From Schmidtea polychroa (lineage: Eukaryota), in the NCBI GenBank assembly GCA_044892525.1, contig CM097885.1:4342001-4406000 (forward strand): a stretch of 64,000 bases of DNA, given 5' to 3'. The first letter of the stretch is position 1; each line of letters opens with the position of its first letter. A program made the translations under genes and the position numbers. Below the pieces are notes generated by a model that saw only the letters and a list, made by a program, of their open reading frames with translations, ran no database searches and was not told the DNA's origin. Positions 29,401 to 41,238 of the stretch are shown here, piece by piece.

Positions 29401-29641
29401 ATTTGAATCAGGTGTGATGAAAGAATTAGCTAAAACCCATAACATAATGCTTCAATTTTCAAGTCCATACCATCATAGTGCAAATGGATTAATAGAACGG
29501 CAATTTCGAACAATAAGAGATTTCATGAGTACCTCAATTAAAGATAGATTAAAAAGCAATTGGGTAGAGGTATTACCAGAAATTGAATTTGCTTTGAACG
29601 CAACCGTACAAAGTACATTAGGGAAAATCCAGCGGAAATAG
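26462..29641 (+). CDS. pol: Pol of gypsy B (PR-RT-RNase H-IN); integrase C-terminus continues in another frame to ~29960
   Basis: LLDTGA, MPFGI, YLDDILI, DTDAS, TDHKA, HHCC, IDFCG/VDCG/IERQ. Frameshift near 29628; PAEIVFG...YRGPF follows in the alternative frame. Confidence 0.93.
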   Translation: MRQDKYSIFFNNNSNSNLDSMYNFKSSNNNLDSISKSNLKVKNIRFKSDVILEDSIKNVKSKLKKYDVIKEDNQSNSKIIYDVRDKTDINDCNWMRDKINVIENKCDQNCKKIISICEAKLINSSKRFVYDETLDKHINNISVLNDDLEIVYDKMGGRPSVIVGINRIYFKHCLLDTGARMNVIDSSIIKEIGEIDIKPHNEGIWCANGSPLETFGNVKLKIQIGNKEENVIFVVVKKVSPSIIGGIDLLRQFNIKLMKINDSITENTEIENNFNEICNIEARFSNSYNDEKRFSRAIKLFDLKKGDKMYQIINENKEVFMADKWDIGKTDLLWHEIKTTEGPIYMNPRRQPAHLEEKIEEAIKNLEENGIIRKCDSSWNTPLVCVWKKEKNDIRLCLDFRNLNKITERQIFPMPNIEQMLDSLNGSKFFSTIDLGSAYYQVELTNNSQEKTAFSTRSGQYCFNRMPFGIAAAPATFQKLMNMVLGKLLWNTAIVYLDDILIFSTNKEEHFKRINEVLMKIKEAGLRVNPEKCIFLTNETKFLGHIINNEGVKVDENKIEAIKNFVRPQCLKQLRSFLGLCNYYRKFIKNYSMFSRILESICGTTNEKLIWSEKCEEAFEELKNALSKTPVLIYPNFQKEFILDTDASFDTIGAVLSQLDEQGHERVIAYGSHSMNKHEIGYCITRKELLAIYYFTQHFKHYLYGKKFKLRTDHKAITFMMATKKPITAQFQTWINFLSSLDMDISFRKGMEHTNADALSRDKCGRCTQCMEVHENPKTEKMKTRLLTMTAVKQGVIWQKGNVEIENQKELIMKNVKTKFKIDDDVIMTKENKIWIPKNNREKFIKEMHKILCHAGCKKVIDYIKVNYDMDELQMITTEIIQNCELCQKRKTLTTKTKETILKTEVSKPFETIAIDFCGPLKTSVHGKKYILGIIDMCTRYISLTAVSKQDEKTTADTIMKFSILKYGSPRIIQVDCGKTFESGVMKELAKTHNIMLQFSSPYHHSANGLIERQFRTIRDFMSTSIKDRLKSNWVEVLPEIEFALNATVQSTLGKIQRK

Positions 29642-30205
29642 TATTTGGGTTTCGAATAACAAGAGAATGGCAAAACAAAAAGGAAGTTACTAATGACCGA
29701 ATTAGAATCATTGAAGAGATACAAGAAAAGCAAAGAAATGTTAAGTACAGAAACGCAGATAGAATTAATAGAGAATTTAAAATAGATGACAACGTTTTAG
29801 TAAAGATAGACACAAGAAAAAAAGAAGATGATAGATACAGAGGACCTTTTCGAGTGATAAATAAACTACATGATAGAAGTTACGAACTTATGGATAAAGA
29901 AGGTAAAACAATGATTCGAAATGTAGAATGGCTAAAGCCTTTTAAACAGGGGGGATGTGAGGAAGATTTAATTATTAGCACAATATAATATTATAATAAT
30001 AAATTACATCTGAATTATTACTATTAAGAAATTAACATATACATATATTAAAGTATTATATTCGTATTATATTATGGCGTACATAATTATTATTGTTATT
30101 TAGAAATGCTTAATCGTCAATTTAATGATTTGTTTAGTCAAACCGATATTGTTATAATTTTTGAATATAATTTGAATTCGACTTTTAGTTTTATTTAACA
30201 ACAAC

Positions 30206-30539
30206 AGAGTTCATCTTAATAAAAAAACCATTCACAAAAGGATTCGAATCCAAATACGAAGGTCCATTCAAACTCCTGGAAATCAACAAGAACGTCACCA
30301 CAATAATTAAAAATAACAACAAAATGAAAATAAACATCAGACGGATAAAACCATACCACAAGAATATAGACCCCCAAAACGACTCGCCGAAAGAGAAAAC
30401 ACAAACCCAAACACAAACAAAAAAACAAACAATTCACAAAAACATCACATTCAACCACAAAAATTCAATCAAAATATTCGACAAAGACACAATACTGACT
30501 CCACTATACAAAAAACGCTACAGCGAATGCTTTAAATAA
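30206..30539 (+). pseudogene. C-terminal integrase segment of gypsy A (GPF motif)
   Basis: Removing B and one TSD copy restores VLTTEFILIKKPFTKGFESKYEGPFKLL...RRIKPY. Confidence 0.85.
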
Positions 30540-30801
30540 AAACACAAACATACACAAACAAACACATGCACAAACAGCGTTAATTGTACAGTTTTTATTT
30601 TCCTTGTAAATACAAAACAAAATGTAAATTTTTAATGTTATTGAGGTTGTAAACATATAAAAAAACAGAAACAAAAACAAACAAATAAAAACATAAAAAA
30701 TACAACACAAAAGAAAATAAAAAACGTTATTGTATGTTATATTTTTTTTTGTTTACATTTTATTGACTCATGTTAACCTTCGGTTTCAAAGGGGGAAGTT
30801 A

Positions 30802-31379
30802 TGTAATGTATAGTTATTTTTACTAGTATTTTAGTATTCACAATTAGGGATTGTGATTACTAAAATATAAATTGTCACAATCTGGGAAATCCAGATTTTC
30901 AAAAAAAACTATATAGCGATAATTTACTATAGTAAATTATCGCTATAGGAAAAAAAAATCGATAAAAATTAAAAGATTTAAAATAATACTTCAAAACTAT
31001 AAATTGAAAGTTAAAACGATAATCAAATTTGATAAGAAAAGTAATCCAAGAAACAGAATTGAGAAAAGCAAATTAAGAAACTAATTCAAGAAACAGAATT
31101 GAGAAAAGTAAATTAAGAAACTAATTCAAGAAACAGAATTGAGAAAAGTAAATTAAGAAACTGATTCAAGTACGATTATTTTATTCTGGTTAATAAACTT
31201 GTGATAACAATTGAATTTTGTTGATTATTATTTTTATTATTATTTGTGATTACACAACACACACCCCGATTGTCCCAACACATTTTTTATCGGTGACTCT
31301 TTCGGGCTCATCAAATTTCCACCCAAACACTACAACTCAGAAACACCCACAAATATATAAGTAACCTATAAACATAACA
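30802..31379 (+). repeat. 3' LTR of gypsy A, with 3 copies of the 40-bp repeat and a 36-bp palindrome
   Basis: Preceded by the PPT, followed by TSD GAGTT. Confidence 0.92.
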
Positions 31380-31492
31380 GAGTTAATAGATAGATCTCCA
31401 GTCATCTTCTGAATTAAAATATATGTACGTGCCCACATTATATTTTTATTTTTTATTTTGGCCCAGTAACCAATTTCGGTTGGACACCACTG
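31380..31492 (+). mobile_element. 3' end of the interrupted Buster-type hAT
   Basis: Codes ELID..LQSSSELK continuing from 20284; TIR GGTTGGACACCACTG followed by target CTCTAGAG (CTCTAGA also occurs at 19827-19833). Confidence 0.8.
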
Positions 31493-31630
31493 CTCTAGAG
31501 CAAAAAATCACAATAAATACAGAAAACTGGCTTAGGATATCCAAGAGGAAACCAGGATCCATACAACAGTGGGCACATTCGTTGTGTGTTCACTGGGAAC
31601 CTGGGATAAAAGGAACAACGACATTATCAG
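31493..31630 (+). pseudogene. 3' continuation of the RLE endonuclease of the non-LTR element
   Basis: Joined to ~19826 it reads EASRAKNHNKYRKLA*DIQEETRIHTTVGTFVVCSLGTWDKRN (K..KY...VxxLG.W motif). Confidence 0.75.
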
Positions 31631-31639
31631 AATTAATCA

Positions 31640-32150
31640 CTTCTATTTCTTATCAAAACTTGATTATTCCTTCTAAATGGATGTCTTCTCTTTCTCCGTG
31701 ATCTTGAATGTAACAAATCTTCTGCACCAGGATGTTCTGAATCAATTTCGGATACAGCTTTTACTGTGTCTGGAAAATTGGTAACCGTTCTCAGATGACT
31801 AACATATCTATGGAATTCATCAACTTCCCCATTGGTCGAGGTATTGATACTGGTAACTGTTCCGACCGTCCATTTGGTGTAGCACTTCGCGTTCGGTAAA
31901 ACATGGATCCCAATGGTAAAGTGACTTTGATCAGGGTCATCGCAACTTTCGGGTGAAGCATCGGCAAAAAGAAATTTCAGGCTTCTTCATTTTCCGCTGA
32001 AGTGTACCTCTGATGAGACTTTTATAGAAGAAAACAACCTTGAGAGGGTCGCAGCCTGATCTCACAACTATTCGATGCGATTGATGACCATATGATACAT
32101 TCTAAACACTAGCAATATGGAAGCACCTGCAATGTAAGATAGATGACATT
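31640..32150 (-). pseudogene. Possible degenerate retroelement integrase fragment
   Basis: Minus strand TPNGRSE-like reading at the HPQxxGxxE position plus broken pol-like frames; weak. Confidence 0.35.
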
Positions 32151-32989
32151 TCATTCACGCCCTTGGTACTCGCGTTAGAAAATCTGCCAGGTTTTCCTGT
32201 AATTTAACCAGCTCTATGATTATATGATTACAGGTTACCCATCATTAAATTTGAATCCAACTTTTTGAAAACTTCATCAATAACTTTAATATATATCATT
32301 GAGTGTCGGCGTTATAAATTGGTTTTAATACAGTTTGAGAGGATTTACCGATTCCTTATTAATTTCTTTTAAGCAAAACATTTTATAGTTGTGGAGTATT
32401 TGAACCGGTTGAACAAATTCTTAAGTTATTAAAGTCTCAATTATTCAAAACAAAATTCAACAAGAGTTTTTTTCACACTGGGACGCAGATGAAGAACATG
32501 GATTGACTCAAGATAATTTTTTGAAGCGGAGAAATATGAAAAAAGTAAAGCAATTTAATAAAAACTGGTCAAGTCAGTTAAAGAAAGGTGATGATATCAT
32601 TATTGAATAATAATTTTAATAATTTATTCCCCAAAATTAATAGACATGTTAGAGTTATGAAGTGGTTATCAGATCAGCTTGCGCACAGTTTGAACATGCC
32701 AATGCACAAAAGATTTTCAACAAGGGCTTATAAAACATTCGTTATTGACGATTTATGACAAGTGGATTTGATGGAAATGATAGTGCTTGGCAAAAACTTA
32801 TTCTGACAAAAGGAAATAAAGAATTTTGATCAAAATATCCTAAAAATAGCATGCAGATACAGCCGGAAGTGAATTTAAAATAAACACGCAAAAACATTAG
32901 TTCAGTTCGAACAATTATAATCACAATTCGTTCTTACTGGAATTAAAAATGATGCTGTTAAATCCCATCATGAGAGGTCAGTGCTCCCG

Positions 32990-33390
32990 GATGATATTTC
33001 CATCAGTATCCGAAGACACTTGTCAGTGGAACAGTAACAACACTTGCATTTGAGAAAGTATTTACTCAATACGCATAACGATAAGCTGTCACTGATATTT
33101 CAGAAATGACAGCAACAACTGGAATATAGAGGTATCAAGCACAAATTCTTGCGAGATCTTCCAGAAAATGTTCGATCATCACCCTAACCCAATATTCCGA
33201 TAAACTGACAGAAAACTGAATACTATTCAAAATACCAATTCGAGCAATCATCCAATTATGGCTCCAATATCCGATTTAAAAAACGAAGTTATATTACTGA
33301 AGCGTGATAACAATCATATTAGCACTTTCAGAGAAATGTATTACTAGCATACAAAATTTGGTAAAAATGCAAGAAAATTTAAGTATTTGG
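32990..33390 (+). pseudogene. Degenerate gag fragment related to gypsy A
   Basis: FLRDLPENVR and CY*HTKFGKNARK parallel the gag A motifs FMRAMPPEIR and CYFHNKFGDKAYK. Confidence 0.6.
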
Positions 33391-33919
33391 TAGAATGATC
33401 CATTAGCAAATTCAAACGGAATCGATATATATTGGGAACCCCACGAATTCCAAAAAGTGAAATTAATTTTCCAAAATTACATTATCGACACATTGAAAAT
33501 CAGAAAACCTTTTATACATTATACTAATCTAAAATTAAATCAAACGTATGATATCGTTGTTTATTATTACGAAAAATGGTACCGAAATCGATAATTAGTG
33601 GGTTAGAATTGATTCCAGTCAACAATCCATTAGATTGGAGAATGAAACAAATCGTATTATTTTACAATATAATAACCAAAAATGGAGCGTCTCACTACAA
33701 GCGAGTACCAATAAGAGAGTGAATCAAAAATTGAATAAATTGATAGCAAAATTTGAATCAGATGAAGAAACAGATGTTTATATGATGACGAGACGAAAAT
33801 TAAAGAAAGATTAATCAAAAACTTGATGAAGGCAGATTTTGTCTAAAGGCTCAACCATACAAGTTGTTGATATCTATGTACAAGAGTTCTGTGTCTTCAG
33901 AACTTGCAACATAATATTT

Positions 33920-35300
33920 TTTAACAAATATTAACCCACCACGTATCCCGTATCAATGGGTTCCGTTAATGTCATAAGCGCTGTCATAAGCCATAGAAAT
34001 TAAGAGGCTCCAGACCATTGTAAGCAGTTGCCTTTTTACGGAATAGTTGAAAATAATCTGCGAGGAGAAACACGTCTAATTTAAGGTATGTTAACATATA
34101 GCCTAACATATTGTTGCCATTTTGCTGAGTCCAAATAACTTGGGCTAATGCATATTCATCATTAGACACGGAATCCTAAATAGGAACAAAGTCAAGAGTC
34201 GATTCCAGAACCTCAAGCGATGTTGCAAAGTCATAAGGAAAGATACGTTTAGCTCGAGCAATTGCGCCATCAAAAACAGAAGAAGTTAAAGGTAGATCTG
34301 AAAGAGTCTTAACCGCTTTTGCTAAAGATATATTAACAAATTGCATGTTGTCTATAAAACAAACAGGAAGTTTGTTAATATAGGAGATAGAGAGATGAAT
34401 TTTTTGGTAGTGGTCGGAATAATATTTAATTCCCAAGAAGTTATTGGCAAGTGCTTTTGATGGCGAATTATATCCCCCGGTAAAATTGATTCAAAGTCTG
34501 CATATATTATGAATGGCGGAGTCATGGTTTTTGCAAAATTACTAAATATAAGGTTTTCAATTTTAGGTAGTGTGTATAGAGTTGTTCCTATCTGGTTTTT
34601 TGTGTCTAGATCCGTTAAGACAATGGGGGCACCAGTTCACTTTAATTCTAACGCTGCATTCACTGCTAGAGCGACAATTCATTCATCTTTGGAGGTTTAA
34701 AATTGCGATGGAATGAAAATTAGCACCGTCTTCCAATAAAAGTAAGTATAAGGGTTCACCACCTATAACCTTAGATCGGTGAATGACATCTAATCGGGGA
34801 TGATATGGAATATAATTATCGTCAACTTTATTTTCAAAAGGCTTAGCTGGGGTCTTTCTATAAATTAAAACATTTATTGCTAAATTTAAATCACTATTTT
34901 CCCTTTCAAATCTAGGGATGTCGCACAATTTCATTGGACAGTCGGAAATAAGTCAAAATTTAACTCTTCAAAATAATTTTAATAGTGCTAAACTACTATA
35001 TACAAAGCACATGTCGTCGGTGTTTTTAACGTTTACTATTGGTCATTTAGATTTTAAAGCATATGTTGTGGGGATGTAACTATGTCCAGCTAGCCTATTC
35101 ATATGGGTAAATTTTGTTAATATAAAATCTATTTCTTTGATTTTAACCACCCGCCATCCGCTACCCCAAATACGTAAATTTTTCTATTTTATTATTTAAT
35201 TTATGAACCCCTTCACTTAGGAAACTTTCTGGAAAAGCCTCTGCACTATTCGAGAAGAAATTATTTCTAATTTCCCCGTCTTTTTCAAATTGAATCAATG
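33920..35300 (-). pseudogene. Polinton/Maverick protein-primed DNA polymerase B, N-terminal/exonuclease part, degenerate
   Basis: Minus-strand motifs GSGW, VKNTDDMCF, FPYD, YLKLDVFLLADYF, YGL and TGIRGG. Confidence 0.75.
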
Positions 35301-35357
35301 CGGTGAATTGTATTTTCACTGACCAATTCATATTATTTCATAATTTAATTTATGAAA

Positions 35358-35690
35358 TTAAAATGGATGATACAAATAATTCACGTATAAATATTGACCA
35401 TCATCATAAATCAGGATTTTCCTTGATTTCGATGAACTCGTTAAGTTATAACTATCTTTATTTATAATAACATTAATATATTCCGTTACTGCTACTGTCT
35501 TATTATATTCAATAACTGATTTGCTATAGATTGAGAATAAATTGTATACAAATGTAAAATCCAACAGAGCAACTTCCCAGTCACTATTCAAATAGATATG
35601 GTTTTGGAGTTCGATTATGAATTTGCTTTTTTGATTGGCTGGATGAATTAATGGGCAACTGTTGCTCGGTAAAATAGTATAAAATTCACT
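35358..35690 (-). pseudogene. Polinton minor capsid (penton-like) N-terminal fragment
   Basis: FYTILPSNS...N...FIIELQNHIYLNSDWEVAL matches the typical N-terminus of this protein. Confidence 0.6.
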
Positions 35691-35694
35691 TTAC

Positions 35695-36050
35695 TAGGTC
35701 TTTTGCTGATATCCATGGCGGGTTTTGATAACCATGCCATTTGACATAGTATTGTTTATCCTTGCCGACCTTTTTAGTTTTCAATATTTTTTGAATTCTA
35801 AATAGTTTTTGGGGGAGGAATAACTCGTAATTCTTGCTCATAAAATTTGTACAATGTTATTATCATTGTCTTTGATGACATACATTACAGGATTCTGTTT
35901 AGTATTTATTTTTGAAATTACAAAGGCTTCATCACTCCAATTTGTATCGAAATTTTTAATAAATGGTGATGCACTGATTTTACTAATTCTAACATGATCA
36001 CCGACATTATATTTAGGTTTTGTAAGTTTTACAGATTTTTTAACTGCTTT
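35695..36050 (-). pseudogene. Polinton integrase C-terminal region with chromodomain-like end
   Basis: KYNVGDHVRISK...NWSDEAFVI...YYVKWHGY. Confidence 0.75.
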
Positions 36051-36289
36051 AACTTAAGTTTTTGATGTCAAACCAACCGGTCTCTAGCCATTCAGACCTC
36101 GATGTGGAAAATAATTATAACTGGAGTAGGTAATTAGTAGCGGGGGAGGTGGGTTTGCGGCACCTTTTTTTTGTTTTTTGTTACGTAATTGCTGCAGGGA
36201 GTTACTCATATTTTTTCTGGGATTTAGAGAAAAAATAGAAAATTTTTTCAGTAGAAAAAAAATTTTTTTCTGGCTAGTGAGGAGCACTC

Positions 36290-36710
36290 GATGGAACCTG
36301 AGATTTTCAATAGTAAAATATGGTCCTCGCTAAAAACCCACGATTTCTCTGACTATAGTAGGGGGTCTCCTTGGTCCTGGGATTTTCAATACAAAATCTG
36401 ATTAGCACTAAAAAGCATAGAATTTTCTGACTATAGTGAGGGGGTCTCGATTGATCCAGAGATTTTCAATACAAAAAAGGCCCTATAGAAAAAGGCCGAT
36501 TTTTCTGACTATAGTGAGGGCGTCTTCTTGGTCCTGAGATTTTCAATACAAATATCAAGAAAAACATGGAATTTTCCAAGTAAATTAAAATGAGCTCCTT
36601 GGTCCTGAGAATTTGAATAGAAAAAGGTGGTCTTCACTGAAAAAGCAATGATTTTTCGAAGTATTATTGAGGTGGGTCTCCTTGGTCCTGAGATTTTCAA
36701 TACAAAATTC
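36290..36710. repeat. Degenerate ~72-82 bp tandem repeat, about 6 copies
   Basis: Core CTTGGTCCTGAGATTTTCAATACAAA recurs near 36293, 36367, 36446, 36523, 36595 and 36677. Confidence 0.8.
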
Positions 36711-36727
36711 AATTATCACTAAAAAAG

Positions 36728-36920
36728 CATGGATTGCAATATACGTGAAACCTTATAAAATACATGTTTTTGATTTGATGGGATATTATTATCCAGATAT
36801 AATGATAACTAAACTACTAACAATTAGTAAACCCCTTCTGAATAATAAAATTTGTTATCAAAATCCAATCACTCAAACATGTGGTCAACATTGCCTTGCA
36901 TGGTTAAATTCAATGTTATA
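36728..36920 (+). pseudogene. Adenain-like (Polinton) cysteine protease fragment
   Basis: WIAIYVKP..HVFDLMG...YQNPITQTCGQHCL. Confidence 0.7.
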
Positions 36921-37512
36921 TAAACGATGTAGTTTAATAAATGTTATTAGTAAAAATGTCTTGTTATTTTATTGACTTAGTTGGTTATAATGATTATGCT
37001 GGTGTAATAATTATTAAAGAATTATGTATTATGAATGTAAATAATATTTTACGTCCAAAGTATTGGTTATATAATAATTTACCATTTTGGGCAGGACATG
37101 AAAATAAGTTGGAATAGTATGAAGGTGAAGATTCGTTTTGTCCAACATGTATATTAAGAAATGTAGAAGATGCAAGTGGAATTTTTTATGTCACTAACCA
37201 AGATAAACTTACAGTTTTGAAGAATTATTTCCTAAATTTAAGATTAATAAAATATTCAATCCAATTATCAGAATATTTTCCTGACAATATCTTGTGTCCT
37301 TACAGTGATCATTCTAATTGTGCTTATAAACATTGTTTAATAGCTGTGTTAGATTATTTAAAAAATTAATAAATTTTTAATTAAAAATTTCATTATTAAT
37401 TTTGTTATTACTCATATGCATTATGAGAGCAGTTTAAATGCATGATTAATCATGTTCTCTTATCTTGTGTTAAATTTTTATTTTGTATTGTGTGTAAGTT
37501 TTAATTCCCAAC

Positions 37513-39009
37513 CAACGTTCCCTCTAAGCTGAGCAGCCGTTCACCTAAAATTGTAATCCCACTCAGTCATATAATTTTCCGCTCACCTAATATTTATTCT
37601 AATTTTTTGCAAATTTTCAGAACTTTTTACTTTTTTGGTAATTTATTTAAATTTTCAGAACTCTATTTTTTGGGAATTTATTTGGAAAATGTGGTAATTT
37701 GTTGTCCACTCGGTATTTCGATTTATACGACCAAGTTGGCAATGCTGAAAAATTTCCCAGTTTGAAAGTTTTTTTTCAAATTTGACATTCATATGTTTAC
37801 ATTATTAAAAAAATCAATTCAAATAAAAATTTATAGATTTAGTGCCTAAAAGTGTTACGATTTAAATTTGGATTACTTAATTAATAAGTAAATACCGTAT
37901 ATTTCGGCGTATAAGACGACCCTCAAAGTCAAAAAATCACCCTTGAAAATTGTGGGTTGTCTTATACAACCGATATAAAAGAAAGTATTACAGTACAGGT
38001 AGTTGTATTTATACTAGTTGTATTTATACTAATACAACCGATATATGATAAATCATAAAAATTTGCTCTAATTTTGTACCTCGTCTTATCTGACGGTCGC
38101 CTTATACGCCGAAATATACGGTAAGTAATATGTGAAATTTTATTAGAAAAACTAATAAAATTTTATTCCTTATTTAGTTTTAATGATGTCAAAACGTAAG
38201 AATGATGAAATGTCCAGTTCAACAAATAAATCCTGTTCAAAATTTAAAAAGGAATGGTTAAATATTAAATATTAAAAAGGCATTTACGACAAAAAATTCA
38301 TTTGGATGCTGTATCTAAAGGTGTACAGAAAAGGTGGAATTAAAGAAATGTTATGTTTAACAGCAGAAGAGAGAATCGTGCAGTTAATAGAACGTAGATA
38401 AACTAGAAAAAATATTGATGACGTAAAAATTTTAATTTATAATGTTATTTTGGCAATCAAAATTAACACTTCTATGGCTTCAGTTCAGGAAATCCATGAT
38501 TATATAGAAAATGATCTATATCAATTCCTAAAAATTGGCGAAGCAAAAACTATGCTTTCGAATGTATTAATTTTGTCATACATAAAGAAATATTTGATGA
38601 ATTAAGAAAATCGACATTTCATCGTTTAATTGTTGATGAAAGCACTGACATATCTACACATAAGGCATTAATATTATATGTAAAATATCGTCCAGAAACA
38701 CTCATCCGATTTTCAAACAAACTTTGTAGGAATAATAAAATTGTCTGAATGTAATAGTTCCTGTATATTTGAAGCAATTTTATTTTAAAAATGATGTAAA
38801 TATGCAGAAAATGGTAATGTTTACATCAGGTGGGGGCATCTGTAATGCTTGGGTTAAATAACGGTGTTGCTGCGTTATTGAGAAGAAAAATACCTCATTT
38901 ATCGCAGCAACATTGTAAACATAGAGAAGACTTGGGAATTGACGATGCCTGGAAAAAAGTACCAATAATGTAAAAAAATTGAGACATTACTAAAGACGGT
39001 ATAAACAAT
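37513..39009 (+). pseudogene. Degenerate hAT (ZNF862-like transposase), 3'-truncated
   Basis: TIR-like CAACGTTCCCTCTAA; broken frames reading LIVDESTDIS, ASVMLG..NGVAALL and PHL..QHC. Confidence 0.7.
37895..38121. mobile_element. pogo/Tigger-type MITE
   Basis: Perfect 21-bp TIR CCGTATATTTCGGCGTATAAG; TA on both sides. Confidence 0.9.
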
Positions 39010-39135
39010 TGTTGGGGTGCTGCTTGGCCAACTTCGATAATTTTAATACTCGTCTAGAGGATGGGGATCTCTTACATTAACGTCTTTCACACTTTTGTCA
39101 ACCTCAAACAGTACTCCAAATGACTCTTCACGGAC
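39010..39135 (-). mobile_element. 3'-terminal fragment of the TGTTGGG/CCAACA family
   Basis: Reverse complement ...GACGAGTATTAAAATTATCGAAGTTGGCCAAGCAGCACCCCAACA aligns with reconstructed 50883-50915 + 60443-60455; GTCATTTGGAGTA is shared with 57908. Confidence 0.7.
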
Positions 39136-40445
39136 ATCGACAACAACTAAAGAAAATTGGTTTTTATTGAAGGAAATTTATGATTTTAATTAGATTTCTA
39201 GAAATTAAATCGGTTGAATATCAGTTAAAATATGGTCATTTGAAGGAATATATTATCGGATGGATAAATCTTTCAATGATATTTACTAAATTACCTAAGA
39301 TTTGCTAAATATTATTTTAAATGACTAAAAAATGACAAAATTAACCAATATTCATAAATTATTGACACAAAATATTCATGTTTTGGTAACTCAAGCATCC
39401 ATATTTAAAACATATATGACCATATATTTCTCTCAAGATATACTATGTCCAATCTCACTAAATTAGAAAAGAATTACTAACCTATAATATATAATTTCTA
39501 ACTAATAAGCACCTTAATTCGTTAAATAATAACAATATTTTTATTATGACTCCTTTAAATATTTGCCTCGAACAAATTTACTCCAAATGATAATTTCTTC
39601 CAAAATGATCAATTTCCAACGTGTGCGTGTGTGTGTGAAAAGTATTTCACAATATGTGTATACAAGTAATACAGTTACTCTGAATTTCTATTGGATGAAT
39701 ACATATTATATATATAAATAAAAAAATGTTTTAGGATTTTTCAGCACTTTTACTATATACCTAAAATTTCAAATATACAAAATGTCAAGAAATATTCAAG
39801 GAAACCAAAACTGAGTCAAGAAGATTTATTTATTTACTTGTCATTATTATTGATATAATTTACAGGAATTAATCGAAATTTTAACAAAAGATGTAGCAAC
39901 AACGATAATAATATTGGAAACATGACAAATGGTATTTCATTATTATTAAATTTATATTAATTTCTTTTTTTTAAGATTTTATTATAAACAACATGAATGG
40001 AAGCATCATAAATGGAAGAAACATTAACGAACCAATTACAAATAATAATAATAATGATGGTAACATAATGAGTACGTTGATGCAGCTGGAAAAAATGGTT
40101 GCAAAATAAATATTAAATGTAAGATTTTTTATTTTTACTTAAAGCTTTTTGATTGATTTTATAAGTTTTTATGAAATGATTATCAAATAAATGTTTTTTA
40201 TTTTAATAATTACTATTTTAGTTTTATTAATACTTTAAATACAATAATTAAAATATATTACTTTGAATAATAATAATGACATTGATAGTTTGAATTATTA
40301 CGTAATAGGTTAAATGTTTTTTTCGTGAATTAATTTTGATTTTGTATTAACTATGTTTAAACTATTATGTAATAGATTAAATATAGTTACAAACAAATCA
40401 ATTTACCTTTTTGATAAAAATATATTTATATTGTTATTTATTGAA

Positions 40446-40457
40446 ATAATAATTATG

Positions 40458-40516
<59 letters not shown>

Positions 40517-40574
40517 CAGAATAATAATAATAGTACTAATAATAATAATCAGATTAATAATAATAATACTAATA
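40446..40574. repeat. (AAT)n microsatellite
   Basis: Direct reading. Confidence 0.9.
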
Positions 40575-41238
40575 AACCTTTGATTTCATTCAGGCTCAAA
40601 ATATCAAAATTATTGTAATAGTTTTTTACATGATAATTGTGATTTCATAATGGAAAGATATTACAAGCATACCCATAATCATACCACCTTTTTTATTTGC
40701 CCTATTCGTATAACCCTCGAGACTGTGGCATACATCGAGTTTTATCATCAACATAGAGATCATTTAACTCAGTATAATTTACCGAAAAATACCTCATCAA
40801 ATTATTAAAAAATAATATTTTCAATACAAATAATCCCACTATAAATCATAATAATGCTACTACAAGTACTTATAATAATAATAATAACAGGGCTGTCCAA
40901 CCTCGGGAAACCAGAGGGCCGCAATGCAAAAAAAACTATTCGGGGGCCGCACGCAATGCAAAGAATTTTTATCTAAAATAAATGGCTAAGGATAGCAAAA
41001 CGCCTGCCTGTACGGAAAATTTTGGACTCAGCACCTTCAGTTGTTACTAATGTATACTCTGGCGCTTGTTTTGAATTCATTGGATATTTCTGTCTGCACG
41101 GCCTGTCTTAGGACAGCACACCAAAATTAAAAAATGATATTATGTTAATAATTAATTGTACTAATGTTTAAGAAATATTATATGGTAAATATTTGATATT
41201 AGATATAGATATTGTCAAGAAATGAAAAATGTTATATT

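Larger units (their letters stand above)
25034..30200 (+). mobile_element. Ty3/gypsy LTR retrotransposon B, very young, nested in the integrase of A
   Basis: 245-bp LTRs (25034-25278 and 29956-30200) that read identical by eye; 5-bp TSD ACAAC; PBS TGGCGACCCTGGCA; PPT AGGGGGGA. Confidence 0.97.
20285..31379 (+). mobile_element. Ty3/gypsy LTR retrotransposon A (defective), containing nested element B
   Basis: TG...CA LTRs at 20285-20853 and 30802-31379; 5-bp TSD GAGTT; PBS-like TGGTGCCAGAAG at 20856; PPT AAAGGGGGAAG before the 3' LTR; gag-PR-RT-RH-IN order. Confidence 0.95.
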
